Source of the DNA: Vicugna vicugna
Taxonomy: Eukaryota
Direction: 5' to 3'
Assembly (NCBI GenBank): GCA_013265495.1
Contig: MU057521.1
Span: forward strand, 620,001-684,000
Length of the DNA: 64,000 nucleotides
Under the pieces are notes generated by a model, which was not told the DNA's origin, did not search any database, and was given only the letters and a program-made list of their open reading frames with translations. A program made the position numbers and the translations under genes. How positions within the stretch are numbered: position 1 is the stretch's first letter; the number at the start of each line of letters is the position of its first letter. Positions 1 to 10,570 of the stretch are shown one piece after another.

Positions 1-149
1 AAAAATCAAGTGTTGGGGGATTTTTGTTACTTCATTTCCTCATCTCTTTGTTCCATTCTCCAGCCCCTCTAGTCTCTCCATCTCTAAAACACCCCTTCTT
101 TGTTGCTATCTCTTGATCTTAACACTTGTGGTCCCTTTCCTTGACTTCT

Positions 150-520
150 TCTTTCCAAATGACTGCGTGGGTCATACCTTCAGATTGTTCAGCCTCTGCT
201 CTGATGTCAGCTCCTTCAGGCAGCTTTATCCGATCCTTTTAGCAAACAAAGTTTCACCCCATCTCCAGCTGTGCTCTCTCTCTCTCTCTCTCGTATTTTG
301 TTTTGTTTTTGTTGCTGGTATTTATTTTCCTTATAGCATTTTTGGTTATTTGAAATATTTTACTGTTTTTGTTTTTGTGCTGAGTACCCCCTCTTAGAAC
401 ATAATCTCGTAATGGTAGGGTTTTCTCTGTCTTTTCCCTGCTACATCCAGTGCCTTGGACATTGCCTAGTACAGGGACGCTGAGTTAATAGTTTGATTCT
501 GACTTAATGAATGAATCAAT
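150..520 (+). mobile_element. LINE-2 (L2) 3' fragment
   Basis: Typical L2 3' end ('ctacatccagtgccttggacattgcctagtacagggacgctgagttaatagtttg') ending in a (tgaa)n tail at ~507-519. Confidence 0.7.
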
Positions 521-1285
521 GGTTTTCTCGACCCGTCCTGAATTTTTAATCCATCTCTTCACTGCATTCTTAGTCACTCATCTTTGACTCTGAAATGAGT
601 AACAGCATCACGCTGCTTGATCCTATTTGAATTTTTAAATTACATTTCATGTTTTCTTAAATTTCCATATTGTTTCGATGGCTTTTGTAAGCATGACCTT
701 CTTGGTCATAAAATGCATTTGAGACAATTATTTCCAATTGCTTTGCATATGTACTGGATGTTTTTCATAATCCTGCCATTTATAAGCCTCTACTTTTAAT
801 TATTCTAAATATTTGTACCATGAACAATTTTTTCATATTTTCTGAGTGACTCTGTATTCTAGGGATTATTATTCAAAACTGGTCCTACACCCTCTTCTGT
901 GTGAAAGTCCAAGAGAATACATTAAATAATTCTTCACAAACATCTCTAGATCCCTTATGAAGTAAACAATTAAAACATTGAATTTTCACATTGTGCTGTC
1001 AGACAAATCTCTAAATCTTGGAACACAAATATTTTTGACTAATTTTTGTCCCTGACTCAAACTTGGTAGATATAGTACATGATTTTAATGTGAATTTCCT
1101 ATTCCATCTCATTTTTGCATCCCTCATAATACATTTTGCAGAGCATTATAGAGGGGCTCCATTTTCCTCATTCCAAAGATTTAACATTTAGTATGCTCAA
1201 AGCTTCTAAAGATTTTTTTTTGGTGTAGTTTTTCCTTTATATTCACTTGTCCCACTGCAGGGACAAAAAGCTAGGAGAGCAGGGG

Positions 1286-1325
1286 TAAAAAGAAAAGAAA
1301 AAGAAAGAAATAAAAAGAAAAAAAT
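1286..1325. repeat. A-rich (AAAAG)n purine tract
   Basis: taaaaagaaaagaaaaagaaagaaataaaaagaaaaaaa is seen directly. Confidence 0.8.
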
Positions 1326-1914
1326 GCACCAAGTTCAGAAATCTTTTTCCCTTTCCCTTTCCCTCACAGGCATAAATGAGAACCTTTCATGACCAATCTT
1401 CTAAGAATTCATTTTTCTTTTCACTCTAACTTCACTGACTTAAGGGTGCGGAGTATAGATTATCTGGGTAAAGTAGAAGCAAAAATAGTGCTAAACTGAG
1501 ATATGTCTTTCTTGAGAAGCCTAAGGCATGTACACTTTTCTTTAAAAAAATCATCGAATTCTTCCAACTCCAGGGTTTCTTTCTAAAGGGACATGAATAT
1601 TTGGAAATACTGAGAAGGAGAGTTAAACATCTGTGAAAACAAAGGCTGTTCCTTACAGGTGAACCAAAATTGATCTGTCTAGCCATGGGTTCAGTCACTG
1701 GTGATCAGGCATCATCCGTCATTACAGCTGTTTCCAAGGCAGCCCCAACTCCATGGTAGGTGCTGGGGCTTCCCTGTTGATGCCCTGAGTTTAGCATCAG
1801 GCTGTGACTTCATCCCCCTGCACAGAGTGACAACAGGCACAGGCAGCTGTCCCTTGAGCAAGGTAAACTCTGCCAGAGATTGTAGAAAAATCATTAGCAA
1901 CATCCCAAAAAAGA

Positions 1915-2167
1915 GTGCCTGTCAAATTTTAGAGTGTGCAAGAATCACTGAAGAGCTTATAGAGCTTGTTGAAAATGCAATCATTTTTTTCATCTCAATC
2001 TACTCGCACTGAATAAGGGTGAGAGCATGGAAACAGAAGTAAAAATAGTGCTAAACTAAGACTGGATGTTCAATGGGTGGGATGTGGAACCTGGGAACCT
2101 GAATTTAACAAGCTCCTCGGATGGTTGTGATGTAGCTGATCTGCAGCCAACACTTTGAGAAAAGGTG
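1915..2167 (+). mobile_element. MER5A-like hAT-Charlie DNA transposon, interrupted at 1981-2061
   Basis: The 5' part 'gtcaaattttagagtgtgcaagaatcac...gcttgttgaaaatgca' and the 3' part 'ttaacaagctcctcggatggttgtgatgtagctgatctgcagccaacactttgaga' match the recalled MER5A consensus. Confidence 0.7.
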
Positions 2168-2284
2168 CCCCAAATTATTTACATGGGCAAAAGGGAGGAG
2201 CAGGGTTCATGCCTTGCCAGTTAACCCTGCTCTCCAAAATTGGTGATAATGGATATAACAGATATTAAGTTGCCAACTGGGATG

Positions 2285-2650
2285 TATGAATAAATGAATG
2301 AATGAAATGTTTTATTCACTAACATTTATGGAGGGAATTTAAAGTGAAAGAAACAATCCGTGCCATAGAAGTTCTCAGTCCCTTGAATGAGGCACGGGCA
2401 GCCTCCACACCCTGTGGTGAGTGTATAATAGAGAAATGCAAGGCTGGGGCCACGGGAAGAGGAGGGCTGCAATTTATTGAGCAGCTAGGCTGTGCTGAGC
2501 ATTGTGGAGACAAGAGTGCTACATGCTCTGCCCAGTGGCACTGATGCAGGCCTCAGAAGAGAGATGACATTTGAAGACTGAATAAGAACTTAACTGATGA
2601 CTAAGGTAGGAACATTCTAGGGGGAAGAAGCAAAAGTACCAATGCACAGC
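2285..2650 (-). mobile_element. L2 fragment(s)
   Basis: 'ttattcactaacatttatggag' plus the 'gagatgacatttgaagactgaataaga...ggaacattctagggg' blocks typical of antisense L2. Confidence 0.5.
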
Positions 2651-3320
2651 CAGGCAAAAAGAGCCAACACATTTCCAACTCTGCTTACCCCAGGGCTGGG
2701 CACAGGCAGAGAAATGGTAGGAAATCATTTCCTTAACTTGCCATCAAAACCATGAAGGTTTTTCTACACTCAGAACTTTCCCTTACCAAGTCAGCTGCAT
2801 TCTGCAGAAACATACCATATTTACCACACTCATGTTACCAGTGGAGAAGCCACCATGATGTATGTATGCCTCAGGATTTTCAAGCAAATGTGCACGATAA
2901 ATCTCAGCCTGAGTTCTTGGCACTCTATCGTTAAAGGGGAAAATTCATCTAATTATCATTCAGACCACTTCTTTGAATGTCTCTAACAAGCCCTGGATGG
3001 TGCCTACAAGTGTTTCCATTAATTTGCGAAAGCAAATTCCACTCCCTTTCTCACACGGCTTTGTGCTGCCTTTCTCTCTGGCTAGGAGCACGGTGGTAAC
3101 AGAAGCCTGGAGATGGAGCTAAGGAGGTGGGGGTTAAAAACGTGCACTCAAGGACGTCCTCCAACCATATTTAACACATTCCAGCAGTGCTGTACACTTG
3201 AATGAAAATTTTAAACGAGAAGATAAAATGTCTTTCTAGACAATTTTACAGTGGGTTTTTTTTTCCTTATCAGTGCTTTTTTTCCCTCTTTTTTTCTATT
3301 GTTAAATTTACTTGATTTTT

Positions 3321-3630
3321 CAACAGATGACTGGATAAAGAAGATGTGGTATATTTAAACAATGGAATATTACTCAGCCATAAGAAAAAATAAAAGTAAT
3401 GCCACTTGCAGCAACATGGAAGGACCTAGAGATTGTCATTCTAAGTGAAGTAAGCCAGAAAGAGAAAGAAAAATATCACATGGTATCACTTATATGTGGA
3501 ATCTGAAAAAAAGGACACAAATGAACTTATCTAAAAACCAGAAACAGACCCACAAACATAGAGAACAAGCTTATGGTTACCAGGGGGTAAAGTGAATGAG
3601 AAGGGATAAATCGGGAGTTCAAAATTTGCA
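3321..3630 (+). mobile_element. Young (camelid-type) L1 fragment: ORF2 end and 3' UTR, no poly(A) of its own
   Basis: 'caacagatgactggataaagaagatgtggtat...gcagcaacatggaaggacctagagattgtcattctaagtgaagtaagccagaaagagaaagaaaaatatc...ggttaccagggg'. Confidence 0.9.
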
Positions 3631-3795
3631 CCTCCTGGGGAGTCATGGACATGTTAGTCATCTTGACTGTGGTGGTAGTTTCACAGGTGTATACATCTAT
3701 CAAAATTCATCAAATTATACATCTGAAATATGTGTAGTTTACTATACAAGAATTATAGAACAAAGGTGTTTAAAAATATATATAATCAAAGAAAA
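3631..3795 (+). mobile_element. Old L1M (L1MB-MD type) 3' terminus
   Basis: 'ggacatgttagtcatcttgactgtggtggtagtttcacaggtgtatacatctatcaaaattcatcaaattatacatctgaaatatgtg' followed by an A-rich tail. Confidence 0.75.
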
Positions 3796-4339
3796 TATTT
3801 ACTTACTTTTGTCATCTAATTAGCCTGTTGAAATACATGCATAAAGGAAAATTTAAAAACCATTGTGCTAAGAACAGAAAATAATATTAAATAAAATACA
3901 CTCCTCTGATCAGTCATTCACTGGTCACAGTAATAAAACAAGAAGACTCTTCAAAGGCCACCTAAACGTCAGCCAGCAATGACCTATGACCACCCAAGTA
4001 TAGAAATTGGGAGAAACTGGTTCTGTTTACAAACAATAGCAATTTGACACAGAAGTAGTTTATCTATTAAATCTAAGAATGAATTTTAAATTGGGGCTTG
4101 TATTTTCAATTTTTTTTCATTTTTCTAACATGTCTCTTTTATTGTATTGTATAAAAGTGTCAGAACATAATAGGTTAGAAAATAAAAGCAAATGATCTAT
4201 TGACACAGATAGTTCGAGATGCCCTGACCTAAGCTGACCCTCAGACTTATAATAATGATAATTACAATATTAATTTACAGTTGCACAGTGCTGTATGTTT
4301 TTCAAATATTCCGTGGGTCTTGAGTGCAACATTTCTAAT

Positions 4340-4485
4340 TGTTAATCTCCATTTTATAGAAGAAGAAATCCATCTCCAGAGAGGTCAAGTGAATCATCCA
4401 AAGGTCAGACAGCAAATTTCAGGCAGACCTAGTACCAGGACCTGTGGCCCCTTATTCCAAGAAAGGTTTTTTTCTCTCCTGCCAT
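4340..4485 (-). mobile_element. MIR SINE
   Basis: Antisense MIR core 'atctccattttatagaagaagaaatc...cagagaggtcaagtgaatcatccaaaggtcagacagc'. Confidence 0.7.
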
Positions 4486-4730
4486 AACTCAAAAGTATCA
4501 CTTAAAAAATCAAATTTCAGAAAATTTAAGAAAATCTACCAACATGAGGAAGAAATGTTTGAAAACAATTTTTAGGGCATGGTTCAACGGTAGTGTTTAA
4601 AACTACACTACACTGTAGTGTTTAAAACTACTTGTAATGTATGCAAGGTTTTAATGCCAGTAGAGACATTAAGGATCACACACACCTCTCCTTCCATTAT
4701 ACAGACAAAGGAAACAGAGACTTAAAAACA

Positions 4731-5170
4731 CAGGTATCCCCTGCTTTTTGAAAGTTCACTTCATACCATTTCACTTTTACAAAAGACCTACAATAGTACC
4801 TGTTTTCACTAACCTAAGGAAATCCAAAGAGGGTTTTCGCTTTTATGAAAAAAAAAGGTGAAAACTGAAAATAGCGTTCAGCGTTTGTTTTGCAGTCAAC
4901 AGTTATAGAGGCATGGCACACCCTCAGCCGTTAACAGTGGCGCCACCAAGCTCCCTCCCCAGGAAACACACTCAGCATCTCAGCATCAAGCCTCCGTAGC
5001 TTTGAACTGTGTCTGTGAGCACCTGCGCTTTTTATCAGTTTATTTTGCATGTCTGTTGACAAGATGCATCTTAACATAATTGTTTCTCCAATTTACGTCA
5101 TCACAGCTTATGAAAGGCTTCATAGGAACACTCTACTTTGGGACAGAGGGGTGTCGGGGGAAATCTATGT
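4731..5170. mobile_element. Non-autonomous TcMar-Tigger-like DNA transposon inserted into a MIR
   Basis: Ends 'caggtatcccc' and 'gggggaaatctatg|ta' resemble CAG...CTG terminal inverted repeats with a TA target site. Antisense MIR sequence lies on both sides (~4690-4730 and ~5171-5240). Confidence 0.65.
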
Positions 5171-5264
5171 AAGTGCTATCTATCAACAGAGCCAGGGTTA
5201 GATAGCTGCTAGTCTCCTGACCCCATGTCCTTTCCACTTGTAAACACCTGCTCTGTCATAATTT

Positions 5265-5470
5265 ACAACACATTTATTAAGCACCTACTGTACACCAAGG
5301 ACTATACTGTGTGTTAAGGATATAAACAAAAATCCCAGCCCTCTAGCAGCTTATATTCTCACAGGGACAGACAACTAATAAATACAAAATAACTAAATTA
5401 GAGACATTAGACAGCAATAAGTGCTATGCAGACTAAAAGAGGAGGAAGGGAAGTGTGAGAGCAAGGGAAG
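5265..5470 (-). mobile_element. L2 3' fragment
   Basis: 'caacacatttattaagcacctactgtacaccaagg...ccctctagcagcttatattct' is the antisense L2 3' end. Confidence 0.75.
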
Positions 5471-6869
5471 CACAACTTTAAGTAATCGTGGTAGACATCG
5501 CAGAGTAGTCTTGCTCAAATATCCATATTTATATAATATGTACATGCATATACAGTTTATTCAGAGCGTCTCAAAAATGTCACCACTTTTAGCCAATGAT
5601 GGAAGTGAACTGGGAGGAAACTCAGTTTACCAACCTTCACAAAGGCAAAGGCTTTGAGACAGGAGACTTTGAAGATGTAAATGCCCTGGAGAAGTTCTAC
5701 ATCTTGTTCTTGCCATCATCATGATCCAAGGTTCAGAAATGAAAGGAAGCAGACGTACCTTTTATGATTAATTAACGAGTGCCCACCCTGCTCCCCTAAC
5801 ATGCCCAGATCTGTGTCTGAGTTGTGGAGAAAACAAAAAGAAGATGTTTGGCCCTGTCTTTGGGGAGTTTACAGTCTAGCTTGGGTTATCAGAAAGAGCA
5901 TATTTAAAACATCCCAAAAGCTCTTTGGGACGAAGGCAAGCAATAGTAGCTTAAAGATGGAGCAAGGCTGTCAGGCATGTTGGCAAAGCTTTTTACCAGA
6001 GTCCTGGGTGGGAATCTCTTTATTGGGCAGTGTACTTTTTATGGACCCCGAAATTCTCCTACTAAGGAATTCTGCTTCCCTTCATATAACATAACAAGCA
6101 TGCATTGTAGCTAATTTATAGGGGGCAGAACAAAAGAGTATTTCTCAGGGTTAAGAATTAAGATCAGGAAAAGATGAATAAGAAACATCAGGAAAATAAA
6201 AATACGTAGCATTCCTTTAATGTATTGGGTATTATTTTAATTAACAAATGAAAAGGCATGCTTCAGTATGTTTCATCTGTTTTTGTCCTTTTAGCTGAAA
6301 GAGTGTACATCTTGAATACCCATGTGGCTTAAGGTGATGTTTATTTTCTGGGCTTGTGTTATATGTCACAGAGAGAATAATGATTTATTGTGTACTTATG
6401 ATCAAAGTCTACAAAATTTTATTTTATCTTATTTAAAACATGAGTCAGGGAATTTGTCCCACTGGATGGCACTAACAGCCTTTTATTACATCAGAGTTGG
6501 TGGTAGCTTACAGAGGAGAAATTGGCCTTCAATGGTGTGTAACTTCATGACCTAAATGAAAAGAGATGGATAGTCCTCCCCTGAGTGATTCTTCATACTG
6601 ATTTTTAAAAAGAAAAGACAGAGAGAAAGAAAGAAAGAAAGATGAAAAAGACACTATTAGTAAAGCTCATCATACAGTACAGTGCTGTTAAGATTAAACA
6701 GTGTAGTGCCAAGTGTGACCTTGTTAGAATGGCTTACAACTGCACCTTTAGTCCAACTCACAAAGGCCATCTCTATAATTACTTTAAATTAATTAAAATG
6801 TCTTAAATTGTATTTTTAACTTAACTATTAGGCAAAAACAAACAAAAATTTGATAAAGCTATGATTTCT

Positions 6870-9800
6870 TAAATTTTTTAAAAAAATTTTAATTGAGGTA
6901 TATAGTTGGTTTACAATGCTGTGTTAATTTCAGGTGTACATCAAAGTGATTCAGTTTTTTATATATATATATATTCTTCAGTTTCTTTTCCATTATAGAT
7001 TATTATAAATACTGAATATAGTTCCCTGTGCTATATAGTAAGTCCTTGTTACCTATTTTATATATAGTAATGTGTATATGTTAATCCCTAACTCCTAATT
7101 TTATCCCTCCCCCACTTTCCCCCTTTGGTAACCATAGTTTGTTTTCTATGTCAGTGAGTCTATTTCCGGTATGTAAATAAGTTCATTTTTTCAGATTCCA
7201 AAGACAAGTGATATCATATGATATTTGTCTTTCTCTGTCTGACATAATTCACTTAATATGATAATCTCTAGGTCCACCCATGTTGTTGCAAACGGCATTC
7301 TTTCCTTCTTTTTCACAGCTGAGTAATATTCCATTATATATCTCACATCTTTATCTGCTCATCTGTTGATGGATTGGATAAATGTCCATAAATAGGTTGC
7401 TTCCATGTCTTGGCTATTGTAAATAGTGCTGCTATGAACCCTGGGATGCATGTATATTTTCAAAATAGGATTTCTTCCAGATAACTACCCAGGAGTGGGA
7501 TTGCTGGATCATAAAGTAAGGAACCTCCATACTGTCTGCACGAATTTACATTCCCACCAACAGTGTAGGAGGGTTCCCTTTGCTCCACACCATTTCTAGC
7601 ATTTATTATTTGCAGCTTCTTAATGATGGTCATTCTGACTGATATTCAGTGTTATCTCATGTAGTTTTGATTTGCATTTCTCTAATAATTATCAATATTG
7701 AGCATTTTTTCAGGTGCCTGTTGGCCATCTGGATGTCTTCTTTGGAGAAATGTCTATTTAGGTCTTCTGCCCATTTTTTGTTTTATTGGACTGCTTGTTT
7801 TTGTTTTGGTTTGGTTTGGGGGTTTTTTCCATACTAAAAAAGCTGTTTGTTGAGCTGTTTGTGTAATTTGGAAATTAGTTCCTTGTTAGTCTTGTCATTT
7901 GCAAATATTTTCTCCCATTCTGTAGATTGTCTTTCCATTTTGTTCATGGTTTACTTTGCTGTGCAAAAGCCTTTAAGTTTAATTAGGTCTCATTTGTTTA
8001 TTTTTGCTTTTATTTACATTACTTTAGGAGCTGGTTCAAAAAATATATATTGCTGTTATTTATGTCAAAGAGTGTTCTGCCTATGTTTTCTGGTAGGAGT
8101 TTTATAGTATCTGGTCTTATACTTAGATTGTTAATTCATTGTGAGTTCATTTTTGTATATGGTGTTAGAAAATGTTCTAATTTCATTCTTTTACATGTTG
8201 CTTTCCTGTTTTCCCTGCACTAGTTATTGAAGAGACTGTCTTTTCTCTATTGTATATTCTTGCCTCCTGTGTCATAAATTGACCGTAAGTGTGTGGGTTT
8301 ATTTTGGGACTTTCTATCTTGTTCCATTGGTGTCTGTTTTTGGGCCAGTACCATATTGTTTTGATTACTGTAGCTTTGTAGTATAGTCTGAGGTCAGAGA
8401 GAATGATTCCCCCAGCTCTATTCTCCTTTCTCAAGATTGTTTTGGCTATTTGGGGTCTTGTGTTTCTATACAAATTTTAAAAAGTTTTTGTTCCTGATCT
8501 GTGAAAAATGCCATTGATAATTTGATAGGAATTGCAATTAATCTGTAGATTGCCTTGGGAAATATAGTCATTTTAACAATATTAATTCTTCAAATCCAAG
8601 AACACAGTGTATCTTTCCATTTGCTTATGTGGTTTTCAAGTACTTCCACCAGTATTTTACAGTTTTTGGAGTCCAGGTCTTTTGCTTCCTTCGTTAGGTT
8701 TATTTCTGGGTATTTTACTCTTTTTGATGTGATGGTAAATGGGATTGTTTCCTTAATTTCTTTTTCTGATATTCTGTTATTAATATATAGAAATGCAAAT
8801 GATATCTGTATATTAATTTTGTGTCCTGCAACTTTACTGAGTTCATCAATGAGCTCTAGTAGTTCTTTAAGATTTTCCTTAGGTAGCATCTTAAGGATTT
8901 TCTATGTATAGTATCATGTCATCTGTAAACAGTGACAGTTTTTCTTTCCCAATTTAGATTCTTTTTATTTATTTTTCTTTTCTGCTTGCTGTGGCAAGGA
9001 CTTCCAAAACTATGTTGAATAAAAGTGGTGAGACTGGGTTTCCTTGTCTTGTTCCTAATCTTAGAGGAAATGCTTTCAGCTTTTCACCATTGAGTATACT
9101 GTTAGCTGTGGGTTTGTTATATATGGCCTTTATTATGTTGAGGTATATTCCCCTCTATGCCCACTTTCTGGAGAGTTTTTAATCATAGATAGATGTTGAA
9201 TTTTATCAAAAGCTTTTTCCGCATATATTGAGATGATCATATGGCTTTTATTTTTCAGTTTGTTAATGTGATGTATCACATTGATTGATCTGTAGACACT
9301 GAAAAATCCTTGCATCCCTGGGATAAATCCCACTTGATCATGGTGTGTGATCCTTTTAATGTGTTGTTGGAATCAGTTTGCTAGTATTTTGTTAAGGATT
9401 TTGGCATCTTTGTTCATCAGTGATTCTGGCCTATACTTTTCTTTTTTTGTGATACCTTTGTCTGGTTTTAGTATCAGGGTGATGGTAGCCTCATAGAATT
9501 AGTGCAGAAGTCTTTCTTCATAATTTTTTTGAAAAACGTTTCAGAAGGATAGGTATTAACTCTTCTCTAAATATTTGGTAGAATTCACCTGTGAAGCCTT
9601 CTGGTCCTGGACTTTTGTTTGTTGCAAGCTTTTAAATTACTGGCTCAATTTCAATACTGGTAATAGGTCTGCTCGTATTTTCTATTTCTTCCTGGTTCAG
9701 TCTTAGGAGATTGTGCTTTTCTAAGAATTTGTCCATTTCTTCTAAATTGTCCACTTAATTGGCATATAGTAGCTCACAGTAGCCTCTTACGATCCTTTGT

Positions 9801-10416
9801 ATTTCTGTGATGTCAGTTGTAACTTCTTTTTTGTTTTTTATTTTATTGATTTGGGCCTTGTCCCTTTTTTTCCTTGATGAGTCTGGCTAAAGGTTTATCA
9901 ATTTTGTTTAACTTTTCAAAGAACCAGCTTTTAGTTTCATTGATCTTTTCTTTCCTTTTTTGTTTCTATTTCATTTAGTAATAACTGTCCTAATCTTCAT
10001 AATTTCTTTCCTTCTACTAACTTTGGGTTTTGTTCTTTCTTCTTTCTCTAGTTGCTTTAGGTGTAAGGTTAGGTTATTTATTTGAGCTTGTTCTTGTTTC
10101 TTGAGGTAAACTTGTATTTCTAAAACTTTCCTCTTAGAACTGCTTTTGCTGGATCCCATAGGTTTTGGATAGTTGTGCTTTTGTTTTCATTTGTCTCTAG
10201 GTATTTTTTTTTAATTTCTTCAATGACCCATTAGTTGTATAGTAGCATATTGCTTAGCCTCCACATGTTCGTGTTTTTGAAGTTTTTTTCCTTGTAGTTG
10301 ATTTCTGATGTCATAGCATTTTGGTCAGAAAAGATACTTGATGTGATTTTAATGTTCTTAAATCCACTGTGGCTTGCTTTGTGGCCCAGCATGTGATCTA
10401 TCCTGGATAATGTTCC
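6870..10416 (-). mobile_element. LINE-1 3' portion: decayed ORF2 (end of EN domain, RT, C-terminal region), 3' UTR and degenerate poly(A)
   Basis: Minus-strand ORF fragments match L1 ORF2p: [91 protein letters not shown]. There are many frameshifts and stops, and the T-rich tail is at ~6870-6892. Confidence 0.97.
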
Positions 10417-10570
10417 TGGATACACAAGTTTGAGAACAGCTGTGAATAATCCCATTATAAAAGCTTGAATCTCAACTGCCAGAGCTAACACTGCAGAATT
10501 AAAACAGCTAAATTTTATTTTTCCCTCCCAAAAGGTCACTTCCAAATGCTTTAGAAATTGTTTAGTTCTT

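Noticed and set aside
7649..9182. Plus-strand hydrophobic ORFs that look like membrane proteins
   Set aside because: They are antisense translations of L1 ORF2, a well-known artefact.
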